A stretch of DNA of 64,000 bases from Escherichia coli (GTDB lineage: Bacteria > Pseudomonadota > Gammaproteobacteria > Enterobacterales > Enterobacteriaceae), in NCBI RefSeq assembly GCF_024223415.1, contig NZ_CP100500.1; one strand, 5' to 3'. The translations under genes were made by a program, and so were the position numbers. Position 1 is the stretch's first letter. Each line of letters begins with the position of its first letter. Of the stretch, positions 42,419 through 51,978 are shown piece after piece. The notes beneath the pieces were generated by a model. The model did no database searches and was not told where the DNA came from. It saw nothing but the letters and a program-made list of their open reading frames with translations.

Positions 42419-43609
42419 ATGAGTGAATTTATTGCCGAAAACCGCGGCGCGGATGCCATCACCCGACCGAACTGGTCAGCCGTTTTCTCGGTGGCGTTTT
42501 GTGTCGCCTGTCTGATTATCGTTGAGTTTTTGCCCGTCAGTTTGTTGACGCCAATGGCCCAGGATTTAGGCATTTCGGAAGGGGTTGCCGGGCAATCGGT
42601 GACCGTGACCGCCTTTGTGGCAATGTTTGCCAGTTTGTTTATTACCCAGACAATTCAGGCTACTGACCGCCGCTACGTTGTTATTTTGTTTGCCGTTTTG
42701 CTGACGCTCTCCTGCTTGCTGGTTTCCTTTGCTAACTCATTCAGTTTGCTTTTAATCGGTCGTGCCTGTCTGGGGCTGGCGCTGGGCGGGTTCTGGGCGA
42801 TGTCGGCGTCGCTGACCATGCGTCTGGTGCCGCCGCGTACGGTGCCGAAGGCGCTGTCGGTGATCTTCGGCGCGGTTTCTATTGCGCTGGTGATTGCCGC
42901 GCCGTTGGGCAGTTTTTTAGGCGAGCTTATCGGTTGGCGCAATGTCTTTAATGCGGCGGCGGTGATGGGCGTGCTGTGTATTTTCTGGATTATCAAATCA
43001 TTGCCTTCACTGCCAGGCGAACCCTCGCATCAGAAACAAAATACTTTCCGCTTATTACAACGTCCGGGTGTGATGGCAGGGATGATCGCCATCTTCATGT
43101 CTTTCGCCGGGCAGTTTGCTTTCTTCACGTATATTCGCCCGGTGTATATGAACCTGGCGGGATTCGGCGTGGATGGCTTAACGCTGGTGCTGTTGAGTTT
43201 TGGTATCGCCAGCTTTATTGGTACGTCGCTTTCGTCGTTCATTCTTAAACGTTCGGTAAAACTGGCCTTAGCAGGCGCGCCGTTAATACTGGCTGTGAGT
43301 GCGTTGGTACTGACGTTGTGGGGAAGCGATAAAATCATTGCTACCGGCGTGGCGATTATCTGGGGGCTAACTTTTGCATTGGTTCCCGTCGGCTGGTCAA
43401 CGTGGATCACCCGCTCGCTGGCCGATCAGGCAGAAAAAGCCGGGTCTATTCAGGTGGCGGTTATTCAGCTTGCTAATACCTGTGGCGCGGCAATCGGCGG
43501 TTATGCGCTGGATAATATTGGTCTGACTTCGCCGTTGATGTTGTCCGGCACATTGATGTTGCTGACTGCATTGTTGGTTACTGCAAAGGTGAAAATGAAG
43601 AAATCCTGA
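42419..43609 (+). CDS. nepI: Purine ribonucleoside efflux pump NepI (MFS, 396 aa)
   Basis: MFS translation from [19 protein letters not shown]; the track ORF extends upstream through the REP. Confidence 0.85.
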   Translation: MSEFIAENRGADAITRPNWSAVFSVAFCVACLIIVEFLPVSLLTPMAQDLGISEGVAGQSVTVTAFVAMFASLFITQTIQATDRRYVVILFAVLLTLSCLLVSFANSFSLLLIGRACLGLALGGFWAMSASLTMRLVPPRTVPKALSVIFGAVSIALVIAAPLGSFLGELIGWRNVFNAAAVMGVLCIFWIIKSLPSLPGEPSHQKQNTFRLLQRPGVMAGMIAIFMSFAGQFAFFTYIRPVYMNLAGFGVDGLTLVLLSFGIASFIGTSLSSFILKRSVKLALAGAPLILAVSALVLTLWGSDKIIATGVAIIWGLTFALVPVGWSTWITRSLADQAEKAGSIQVAVIQLANTCGAAIGGYALDNIGLTSPLMLSGTLMLLTALLVTAKVKMKKS

Positions 43610-43649
43610 TATCAGGTAAAGAAGCGTTGGTCAGTAGTTGTTGCTGTTC

Positions 43650-43943
43650 TTACATATCCGGGCATTCTACCTTACCCAACGCTTCCCAATAATTGCTCTG
43701 ATTATTACGTTCCATCGCCACGATGGCCTCGCGTATATGTTGTTTATTGTTTTCATCTGACAACATTAACTTTTCCCACGCTTCATCTGATAATGACGCC
43801 TGTGGCGTGCAAATTTTACGTAAATCTTGTAATACCGTGGTTTTCTCTTTTGCGGACTGCAGTGAGCTAAAAGGCGACTCGGCGTATACGATGCCTGGCA
43901 TAGCGAAAAAAGTGAAAATAAGCAGTAGTGTCGTTGGTTTCAT
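43650..43943 (-). CDS. yicS: Uncharacterized secreted protein YicS (97 aa)
   Basis: Small ORF with N-terminal signal peptide (MKPTTLLLIFTFFAMPGIVYA). Confidence 0.75.
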   Translation of the reverse strand: MKPTTLLLIFTFFAMPGIVYAESPFSSLQSAKEKTTVLQDLRKICTPQASLSDEAWEKLMLSDENNKQHIREAIVAMERNNQSNYWEALGKVECPDM

Positions 43944-44164
43944 GGATTCAACCTTTTACAAATGTGTATCGAATGAAGCATAAGTGTAGTTTGCTTTCAT
44001 CGCTCTCATCATGCTGTACGAAACGCGCTTGCGTGGTCAGTAAGAAGTGCCAGACTTTATATTCCACTTTTATTCCTTTTTATTCTTATCGATAGCGTTT
44101 CGTTTTTTAAACCGCAGCGACCTTACCGCTATAGTCAGGTAATCATTAATAAAAGGATAAAAAA

Positions 44165-44983
44165 ATGAAACTGACAACACATCATCTACGGACAGGGGCC
44201 GCATTATTGCTGGCCGGAATTCTGCTGGCAGGTTGCGACCAGAGTATCAGCGATGCAAAACACATTAAAGTTGGCGTTATAAATGGCGCAGAACAAGATG
44301 TCGCGGAAGTCGCTAAAAAGGTGGCAAAAGAGAAATATGGCCTCGATGTTGAACTGGTAGGATTTAGCGGTTCGTTGCTACCGAACGATGCGACAAATCA
44401 TGGCGAACTTGATGCGAATGTCTTCCAGCATCGACCCTTTCTTGAACAAGATAATCAGGCGCATGGTTATAAACTGGTAGCGGTGGGAAATACGTTTGTC
44501 TTCCCTATGGCGGGTTATTCCAAAAAAATCAAAACCGTGGCGCAAATAAAAGAAGGCGCGACAGTGGCGATCCCCAACGACCCGACCAACCTTGGTCGCG
44601 CACTTTTACTGTTGCAAAAAGAGAAGCTAATTACTCTGAAAGAGGGAAAAGGGTTATTACCTACCGCGCTGGATATAACCGATAATCCTCGTCATTTGCA
44701 GATTATGGAACTCGAGGGGGCGCAGCTCCCGCGCGTACTGGATGATCCCAAAGTTGATGTAGCGATTATCAGCACCACTTACATTCAGCAGACCGGGCTT
44801 TCTCCGGTGCACGACAGCGTATTTATTGAAGATAAGAATTCGCCGTATGTGAATATTTTGGTGGCACGGGAAGATAATAAGAATGCAGAAAACGTGAAGG
44901 AATTTCTGCAATCTTATCAATCACCCGAAGTCGCTAAAGCGGCAGAAACCATTTTTAACGGTGGCGCGGTGCCTGGCTGGTAA
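44165..44983 (+). CDS. nlpA: Lipoprotein-28, MetQ-like methionine-binding lipoprotein (272 aa)
   Basis: Signal peptide with lipobox (LLAGCDQ) and substrate-binding-protein body. Confidence 0.9.
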   Translation: MKLTTHHLRTGAALLLAGILLAGCDQSISDAKHIKVGVINGAEQDVAEVAKKVAKEKYGLDVELVGFSGSLLPNDATNHGELDANVFQHRPFLEQDNQAHGYKLVAVGNTFVFPMAGYSKKIKTVAQIKEGATVAIPNDPTNLGRALLLLQKEKLITLKEGKGLLPTALDITDNPRHLQIMELEGAQLPRVLDDPKVDVAIISTTYIQQTGLSPVHDSVFIEDKNSPYVNILVAREDNKNAENVKEFLQSYQSPEVAKAAETIFNGGAVPGW

Positions 44984-44986
44984 TTC

Positions 44987-45910
44987 TCACTTATGCCGCG
45001 CCGGACGATTTATTTTTCTGGCGCGGCGACGGGAATCCATTGAAATCAAAATCACCGATGACAGAATCAGCAGCGTTCCCAGCCAGTCCGGTAATGTGAA
45101 CGTGATCCCCAGCAACAGCAAAGAGAGTAGCGCGCTACTTAATGGTTCTGCACAGCTCAAAATGCTGGCTTTTGGACCGCCAATTAATTGTGCTCCTTTC
45201 AGGTACAGACTAAATGTCAGGGACGTACCAATGACCACCAAATAAAAAAACGCCAGAATCAAACTGCCGTTAACGACAAAGTTTGTTCCTTGTCTGGCAT
45301 AAAAAGGCAACAGAATCAGACCGCCAATCAGCATACTCCAGCCGACGACTGGTAACGTGCCATAGCGGGCAATTAGCGTTGAGGGATAGGTGGTATAGAA
45401 TGCAGCAGCAAATGCCGAGGCAATGCCCCAGAACAACGCGGCAGGAGAGATCGATAATGACGTCGGATTACCGTGTGTCACCAATAAAAAAGTCCCGACC
45501 AGCGATGTCAAAATAGCGCAGAAAACCAGAATGCCCGGGCGCGATTTACGCACCAGTGAGAACCAGGCGACGATAATCGTCGGTGAGAGGAATTGCAGCA
45601 CCGTTGCCGTGGCTGCGTTCGATTTTTCGATGGTTAGCAAAAAAGTGAGCTGTACAGTTAGCGCGCCAACCACGGAAAAAATCAGCAGGCTAATGGCATC
45701 TTTATGATTGTTAATAATAGAAAAGATTTTATCGCCATGAACAAATGACAGCGTCAGTAGAATCAAACCGGCGAATATCAAACGCGTCATAGTCAAAAAC
45801 TGCGACGACATCTGGCTTTGCTCCATGATGTATTGCGCGCAGACCCCTGAACTTCCCCACAACACGGCGGCAATCAGAACGTTCAGCATCCCCTTTCTGG
45901 TGGAACCCAT
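44987..45910 (-). CDS. yicL: EamA/DMT-family transporter YicL (307 aa)
   Basis: 10-TM duplicated EamA-like translation. Confidence 0.85.
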
Positions 45911-46020
45911 TTTTCCCTCTGCATACTGTTTTGTCGTTTATGTATGCAGGCATGATAGCAAAAATGGCGAGGATGGCTCTGTTTGCGCCACGCCGATTTT
46001 TCTTAGTCCAGACTGGTGAG

Positions 46021-47205
46021 CTAAATATCTTTAATAAACAGCAAGCAAATCATCGCAATACCCAACATCCCTATCGCCAGCCAGAACAACGCATGGTAGC
46101 TCCAGATTTCAACCATAATTCCGTCAACAGAGCCGGCGATAATCCAGCCGACGCGTGAAGTATTTGCATATAACGTTGTCGCAGAGCCTATTTTTTCAGG
46201 CATCAGGTCCTGAAAATAAAGCATGCCGATACCACAGAGAATACCAAGGAAGATGGCATTTAGAATTTGCAATTCCAGCTCAACTGCCGGAGTCGTCGCC
46301 ATGAGTACGCTGGCGTAAAAACACATTCCACTCACGATAGCAATGAGCATTAATAGCCGCTTGCCAATACGTTTCATGTAATAGCCTGCGATTAACATCA
46401 TCGGAATTTCCAGACCGGCAGCGATACCAATCATTTCTCCAGCCAGTTTATCGGTTAGATGCAGTTCATCAATAATAAATAGCGGCATATTTATCATGTA
46501 GAGATTATTCGCCGCCCACATCATTGAACAGACCACAAAAAGTAGCCGCGTATCCCGCTTCCTGTGGGTGGAGGGTAAAATTTCTATGGGTTGGGTAACG
46601 ACAGGAATATTTCTTTGTATTGATGGCAAAAACAACCAGACTATCAGTCCGCAAACAACAAATGCGATGGCAGCGGTGAGATACATCACTTTAAAACTAA
46701 ATCCCATAGCCAGTTCATAAGCGAGCGGTGGCCCGATAACCCAGGCAAGCGAGATCTGAGCACGTAAAAATGTACTGAACATGACCGTCTCACGGCCTGT
46801 TCTGTCGGCGTGTTCACGGGCGAGAGCGAACATTTGCGGGTTTGCGGTAGAAGCAAAACTACTCAGAAGTACGCCCGTAGAGAGCAGAATGAAGTAGTTG
46901 CGATTCCACGCAAAAAGCGTGCAGGCCAGCACTCCAAATAAGCAACATAGCAGGATCAGTAATTTACGGTCGCCTTGTTTATCGGAGTGCCTTGCCAGAA
47001 ATTGACTGACCAGAATTCCCATAATAGCGCTACCGGTGAAGAAAAAACCTACCATTATAGGACGGGCTTTCAGTTCATCTGCGAGGAATATACTTAGGGT
47101 AGGAGTCTGAAGAGCGCCCGCAATACCCGTCAGAAAGGCGACAAGTAAAAATGCCGCGGCAGTGAGATCAAGTATTTTTGATGGAGTGGTAGCCGTTTTT
47201 TGCAT
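46021..47205 (-). CDS. setC: Sugar efflux transporter SetC (MFS, 394 aa)
   Basis: MFS translation MQKTATTPSKILDLTAAAFLLVAFLTG...; last backbone gene before the island junction. Confidence 0.9.
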   Translation of the reverse strand: MQKTATTPSKILDLTAAAFLLVAFLTGIAGALQTPTLSIFLADELKARPIMVGFFFTGSAIMGILVSQFLARHSDKQGDRKLLILLCCLFGVLACTLFAWNRNYFILLSTGVLLSSFASTANPQMFALAREHADRTGRETVMFSTFLRAQISLAWVIGPPLAYELAMGFSFKVMYLTAAIAFVVCGLIVWLFLPSIQRNIPVVTQPIEILPSTHRKRDTRLLFVVCSMMWAANNLYMINMPLFIIDELHLTDKLAGEMIGIAAGLEIPMMLIAGYYMKRIGKRLLMLIAIVSGMCFYASVLMATTPAVELELQILNAIFLGILCGIGMLYFQDLMPEKIGSATTLYANTSRVGWIIAGSVDGIMVEIWSYHALFWLAIGMLGIAMICLLFIKDI

Positions 47206-47841
47206 TCTTCTGAATCACCGGGCGACAAAATATAACTGAGTTACAAATAAGTACCAGTCGAATGAGTATTGTATTAAGAATTTTTGAGTATCGCTGATAC
47301 AACCAGAAAACAATGCTAGCGCAATATTATAGGGCCAGCAATTGAGATTATTAGCAAAAGCATGTTAAGAATTAATCACCGAATTTATATTTAATTATAG
47401 TAAGGCAATGAGCTATTTTTGATAGTAAAAATAAAACAAGTTGATTTGATATATTAAATGAACAAATTAATCTTGATGGCAGTCTGATTATTGGTGAAGT
47501 TTATAGGTCAGTTTTTTTCGCCAGCTGTTAAAGGAATAGAACAGTCGTATAAAAAAGGGTGTTCTGGAGCGTGTAAAACAACATCTTCACCTTAATGGCG
47601 ATACAGTTGGCTGAGAGTCAGCAGGGGGGCAAATCACCTGCAAATAAACACGGCGCATGCTGGCGCGAATATCGCGGATGCGTTCGAGGACAGAAGAACC
47701 GACAGGCGGATTCTTCAGTCGCTCATCGTCCATCACAAAACCTTTGATCAGGTATTCCTGAAGCCGATTGAATATTGAGCAGTAGAAAATCTCTGGATTG
47801 ACAGTATTACAAGGGGTTGGAGAATGTCAGAAGAGGCATTT

Positions 47842-47864
47842 TGGCGGAGATCACAGGAGTCGAA
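47842..47864 (-). repeat. Imperfect direct repeat of the 3' end of tRNA-Sec (selC), the distal att junction of a selC-integrated island
   Basis: Minus strand reads TTCGACTCCTGTGATCTCCGCCA, the selC 3' end with one base missing (as I recall the tRNA); backbone lies on one side, island cargo on the other. Confidence 0.7.
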
Positions 47865-47996
47865 TATAAGTATTAATGCATTGATCTTAAATAATTTGTA
47901 TGTATTGGATAAATGAGTAACCCCCATAAGAACCCCCAAATGATTTTGCATGAAGGAATGAAGCTAAAATACATGATTGAATCAATTCTTAGTACT

Positions 47997-48842
47997 CTAT
48001 TGTGAAGGTAACATTTCCGGATAGTGTCTGGCTATAATATCATTTAGCCGATCAACCAGTTCTGGTTTCCTGAACGTGATGTGCGCGGAGCCTTTCTTAA
48101 AGTATCTGATGCTGAACATCTCATCTTCATAGCACTCTTTACCCTGAACAGACCGGATGTGATCATCCAGATGAATGGTGATGTTTTCCCGGTTGTCGGG
48201 GATCGGTTTACCGCTGAACAGGTGCAACATTCTTTCCAGATCGGCGAGTCGGTCAGCCTGTTGCCCGGTGATAAGATGAAATCCCCACCGGTCCCACCTT
48301 ACTAGGTTGTTAATGATAATTTTACTGCCAAATTTACAGGGGCAATTAGTTTTGTAATTCCAGCTCAGTCCCCTGAAGACGTTGATCACCCCTCGCTCAA
48401 ACACTTCATCTTTGTTCTGGTGCAGTTGTTTAAATGTGCTCAGAATGTTCGCTTCACTGATTTCCGGAAAATTATCGTACTCCAGTGACCGGTACCATGT
48501 ATCACGGGCCTGCGCATCCATTAATGACAGCATCCCGGAACGTTGCATCAGGTCACGCCAGATTTCGCGGTCAAGGTTGCGGGTGATGGCTTTCATTGCT
48601 GTTTCAGGTTTCTCCATGAGCCAGCATCCGCAGCGAAAATCCTGTTTCATCGCCCAGTCCCGTGCGCTTTTACCACCAATGCTTTTTGTCAGTACTGAGA
48701 TTTCAGTCAGTTGCCGGATAAGCGTTTCGGTTTGTTGCAGTGCTGCATTCCGTACCGTCACAACGTGTCGGATACTGGTGGAGCAGATAACGTCCGTATT
48801 CCCGGTGACCACTTCCGGATGGGAGATTGTGATGTTTGACAT
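47997..48842 (-). CDS. Hypothetical protein, probably DUF4942 family (281 aa)
   Basis: Intact ORF downstream of the CbtA module; domain assignment is recalled from annotations of this gene neighbourhood, not computed. Confidence 0.55.
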   Translation of the reverse strand: MSNITISHPEVVTGNTDVICSTSIRHVVTVRNAALQQTETLIRQLTEISVLTKSIGGKSARDWAMKQDFRCGCWLMEKPETAMKAITRNLDREIWRDLMQRSGMLSLMDAQARDTWYRSLEYDNFPEISEANILSTFKQLHQNKDEVFERGVINVFRGLSWNYKTNCPCKFGSKIIINNLVRWDRWGFHLITGQQADRLADLERMLHLFSGKPIPDNRENITIHLDDHIRSVQGKECYEDEMFSIRYFKKGSAHITFRKPELVDRLNDIIARHYPEMLPSQ

Positions 48843-48926
48843 TATCGGTTTCCCTTTTGGTTTATAAACGAAAACGCCAGCCGTATTCAGGCTGGCGTCA
48901 GTGGAATGAAGTCTGGTGAGTAAGGC

Positions 48927-49124
48927 TCACCGGTTCTGTTGCAGAAGCTGCAGTTGGCGCAGGGTATGGATATCCTCCCTCGCCTGTTCAATGCAGGGCA
49001 GCAGTGCTGCCGAATCCGTTTTATCCTCATCGTTGTCAAAGATAATTCCCGATTCGCAGTCGATATTGTCCTGCAGCCACGCAATCAGAATATCCAGTGC
49101 TGTTTCCGTGGTTAATGATTTCAT
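48927..49124 (-). CDS. Small YeeW-like protein, probably DUF957 (65 aa from MKSLTTETALD; track ORF extends to 49169)
   Basis: Small ORF immediately downstream of the DUF5983-like gene. Confidence 0.5.
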   Translation of the reverse strand: MKSLTTETALDILIAWLQDNIDCESGIIFDNDEDKTDSAALLPCIEQAREDIHTLRQLQLLQQNR

Positions 49125-49135
49125 GTTGTTCCTGG

Positions 49136-49624
49136 TTACCAGTTGAAAGTGGGTAAACCCGGCAGGCATTCAGAGCTGGCATCCAGATGAATGAGACTGA
49201 CGCCATAACGTCGGGTAAGTGTGACAACCAGACAACGGAACGTTTTTGACAGGCCCAGGCGCTTAAGCCGCAGAACCGGGTATGACCACGCATCGGTACG
49301 TAACAGATAGCCGCTACCTGTGAAATGAATCCATTCTGATTCACCAACGTCACTGGTCTGATGCGACAGCGAGTACAGCCAGGCGTTATCCTTTTCCGTG
49401 ATATGTGCGGTACTGCAGCGTATGCCGGCAAGGGTTGCAAACGGTGGTAGTGTGCAGGTTGACTGTTGGTCGGATTCCTCCACCACGCGGAGTGAATAAC
49501 CGTTTTCAGCGACCTTGTTAATCAGTTCAGTGAGATTAACACCATCGACGTCAACGACAATTTGCCCCATGTTCAGTGCCTGCACATTAATTCTGTCGGC
49601 TTCCAGCATCAGGGAAAGTTTCAT
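49136..49624 (-). CDS. Hypothetical protein, probably DUF5983 family (162 aa)
   Basis: ORF whose start overlaps the cbtA stop by 4 nt. Confidence 0.55.
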   Translation of the reverse strand: MKLSLMLEADRINVQALNMGQIVVDVDGVNLTELINKVAENGYSLRVVEESDQQSTCTLPPFATLAGIRCSTAHITEKDNAWLYSLSHQTSDVGESEWIHFTGSGYLLRTDAWSYPVLRLKRLGLSKTFRCLVVTLTRRYGVSLIHLDASSECLPGLPTFNW

Positions 49625-49995
49625 CGTTTCTCCGGATGCTTACCCAGGGTAATGTTATTTACCGTTCTGTAATTGTCGCGGGTCATCAGGCCGGTCGCCC
49701 GGCGAGCCCGGAGGATATCAATACTGTTTATTAACTGAGAGCGGGGACAAGTGCTGAATCCCGGCTGGTTGGTACGCACCAGCGCGTATTTTTCCACGAG
49801 AAAATTCACCGCATCACACAGTGAAATGCCAGCTTCAATATGCTGCTCAATCACACGTTCATCGGCGAACGGTGTGTCATTCAGTGTAAGGCCGTAATGC
49901 TGGCCCAGTAGTCGGGAGAGCAGAGTCTGCCAGATGGTGACGGGAGACGGGCAGCTCGATGCCTCCCGTACGTGTGTATCGGGTAATGTTTTCAT
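49621..49995 (-). CDS. cbtA: Type IV toxin CbtA/YeeV family (cytoskeleton-binding toxin, 124 aa)
   Basis: Translation [43 protein letters not shown]... with its antitoxin partner upstream. Confidence 0.8.
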   Translation of the reverse strand: MKTLPDTHVREASSCPSPVTIWQTLLSRLLGQHYGLTLNDTPFADERVIEQHIEAGISLCDAVNFLVEKYALVRTNQPGFSTCPRSQLINSIDILRARRATGLMTRDNYRTVNNITLGKHPEKR

Positions 49996-50084
49996 ACTGA
50001 AGGTTTTCCTGATATGCAGAGATGAAAAATGGAAAAGTGGCGTGGTGAAAGCACCAGGCCGGAGCAGAAGGTTATTCCGGTGGT

Positions 50085-50453
50085 TTACTTTTTCGTTTCG
50101 GGCGTCGGATAAACAGCCAGATAAACGTAACCACAGGAGCCGAGGGTGTCGGCTTCGCAGGTCAGCCCTTTCGCATACAGCGTGACGGTATGCTGATGTC
50201 GGGGATTCAGTTCACCGCTGGTGAGCATGAGTTCCAGTTGTTTCATCAGCAGCGGAAAGGCCTGGTCCAGATGGTATGCATCTGCGTCGCTGAAGCGGCC
50301 TCTGATACCGGCGCGGTCGGCAAGGTAATGCAGGCGGTTACCCTCCTGCACCAGACGAGCGCCAAAACAGGGCCTCACTGTGCAGGGAAGCCCCCACCAG
50401 GGGCGGTCGTGATTGTCGTCGGGATGAGTTATCCCGGAGAGTTTGTCTGACAC
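50085..50453 (-). CDS. cbeA: Type IV antitoxin CbeA/YeeU family (122 aa)
   Basis: Translation [49 protein letters not shown]...; directly upstream of cbtA. Confidence 0.8.
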   Translation of the reverse strand: MSDKLSGITHPDDNHDRPWWGLPCTVRPCFGARLVQEGNRLHYLADRAGIRGRFSDADAYHLDQAFPLLMKQLELMLTSGELNPRHQHTVTLYAKGLTCEADTLGSCGYVYLAVYPTPETKK

Positions 50454-50615
50454 GATAAAATCCTCTCTGAAAAGTGGTTAAGAATGGTTTAATGATGACA
50501 GGTCAGCCGGCGCGCTGACCGGTTTCGGTGAAGGTGTATTCGTTGATGAGAATGGCCTCATCCACAGCGGCGTCTGAGGTCATCTGGTCGTACTCGTTTC
50601 CCGGGTGACGGAACA

Positions 50616-50837
50616 TCAGTTCAGGGTGACACTCATCAGCCGGACATACGGGCCAAAACTGTCCTTACGGCGTTCTGCAAATACAGCCAGCACACCGGGA
50701 ATATCCTGCACTTCACGACCGGTATACGCTTCAGTGCCACCATGCCAGCGGTATTTGCCGGTACAGAACGGAAAAAGACGGGATGCAGGATGCTGACGGT
50801 GAATACGCATGGCTTCACCACGGGTGATGATTTTCAT
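50616..50837 (-). CDS. YeeT-like protein (DUF987, 73 aa)
   Basis: Small ORF between the RadC-like gene and cbeA, the usual position for YeeT-like genes. Confidence 0.6.
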   Translation of the reverse strand: MKIITRGEAMRIHRQHPASRLFPFCTGKYRWHGGTEAYTGREVQDIPGVLAVFAERRKDSFGPYVRLMSVTLN

Positions 50838-50905
50838 AGTGTGATACCTCTGAAGACAGAAGATAAAAGTGAAAACAGGTGTGATGTGGTTGTGACGGTG
50901 ACGGG

Positions 50906-51397
50906 TTAAAGCAGACCGTGTTCCGCAAAGGAGAAAACCTGGCTGCCACCGATTATCAGATGGTCCGGCACCCGGATATCCACCAGGGCCAGTGCCTGTA
51001 CCAGACGTTCCGTAATAAGGCGGTCTGCCTTGCTGGGTGTGACTTCACCTGACGGGTGATTGTGTGCCAGCACCACGGCAGCGGCATTGTGATACAGGGC
51101 GCGTTTAATCACTTCCCGGGGATGGACTTCCGTGCGGTTGATGGTGCCGGTGAAGAGGGTTTCACCGGCAATCAGCTGATTCTGGTTATTCAGATACAGC
51201 ACCCGGAACTCTTCACGCTCCAGTCCCGCCATGTTCAGAATCAGCCATTCCCGTGCCGCACGGGTGGAGGTGAAGGCCACACCGGGTTCATGAAGATGGC
51301 GGTCCAGGGTTTTCAGAGCCCGCAGAATGAGACTGCGCTCGCCGGGCGTCATTTCTCCGGGCAGAAAGGAAAGCTGCTGCATTGTCCCTGCCTCCAT
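50906..51397 (-). CDS. RadC-like JAB/MPN-domain protein (YeeS/YfjY family; true start possibly at 51352, MTPGERSL)
   Basis: JAMM-like motif HNHPSGEVTPSKAD is present in the translation. Confidence 0.75.
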   Translation of the reverse strand: MEAGTMQQLSFLPGEMTPGERSLILRALKTLDRHLHEPGVAFTSTRAAREWLILNMAGLEREEFRVLYLNNQNQLIAGETLFTGTINRTEVHPREVIKRALYHNAAAVVLAHNHPSGEVTPSKADRLITERLVQALALVDIRVPDHLIIGGSQVFSFAEHGLL

Positions 51398-51883
51398 TCA
51401 GTCGATGATGCGCATAATGGCGCTGCATTCCGGATGCTGCAGGGCGTAATCCCGCAGCCGGTAATAATGGACCGTCATGGCATAACACTCCGTACGACAG
51501 GCGTGATGACTGTACGTCATCAGACAGGCAGCAATGCCGGCGGCTTCCGGGCTCATTTCAGCGCGGTTACCGTTCATGGCATTGAACAGTACCCATGTTT
51601 CGCCATCATCGTCATCCGGTTCGGGCGCTATAAATGCGCCACCGTTGTTCAGTGTGTACAGATTCCAGATACCACCGCAGTAGTCTTCGCAAAGACGGTC
51701 CATCCAGCCGAAGATACGGGGCTCCAGGGTCACCCACTGTGGAATGAGGCAAAAATGCTGCGGCCAGAAGCTGATGCGCTGTTCATCAGGGACTATGGTG
51801 GCAACCAGCTGAGGCTGGTCATTCCCTGATGCAGCGGTTACGGAAACAGAAGATGTGGTGGAATTATGTGAAATGGTTTTCAT
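51398..51883 (-). CDS. Antirestriction protein (KlcA/ArdB-like, YfjX family)
   Basis: Translation from MKTISHNSTTSSVSVTAASGNDQPQLVATIVPDEQRISFW...; ATG at 51883 preceded by AAGGAG; the track ORF starts at an upstream TTG inside the tandem duplication. Confidence 0.75.
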   Translation of the reverse strand: MKTISHNSTTSSVSVTAASGNDQPQLVATIVPDEQRISFWPQHFCLIPQWVTLEPRIFGWMDRLCEDYCGGIWNLYTLNNGGAFIAPEPDDDDGETWVLFNAMNGNRAEMSPEAAGIAACLMTYSHHACRTECYAMTVHYYRLRDYALQHPECSAIMRIID

Positions 51884-51964
51884 GAAATGACTCCTTAAAG
51901 GACAAATAAATGCGTGGTTTTCATGAAATGACTCCTTAAAGGACAAATAAATGCGTGGTTTTCA
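51875..51964. repeat. Perfect 41-bp tandem duplication (2 full copies plus an 8-bp partial third) over the RBS and start codon of the antirestriction gene
   Basis: ggttttcatgaaatgactccttaaaggacaaataaatgcgt occurs at 51875-51915 and 51916-51956, followed by ggttttca at 51957-51964. Confidence 0.95.
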
Positions 51965-51978
51965 GGGTAATGGCTGAA

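Noticed and set aside
47842-47864. Intact selC tRNA gene
   Set aside because: Only a 23-nt 3' fragment is present; the D-arm, anticodon arm and 5' acceptor strand are absent, so this is an att repeat and not a tRNA gene.
47748-47951. 67-aa minus-strand ORF across the island junction
   Set aside because: Spans the att repeat and AT-rich intergenic DNA; no RBS or motif; likely noise.
51056-51829. 257-aa plus-strand ORF spanning the RadC-like and antirestriction genes
   Set aside because: Crosses the boundary of two well-formed minus-strand genes on the opposite strand; no motif or start context; judged an antisense artefact.
51875-51964. Possible CRISPR-like repeat
   Set aside because: Only two adjacent identical 41-bp copies with no spacers; it is a simple tandem duplication, not a repeat-spacer array. 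No CRISPR array was seen anywhere in the window.
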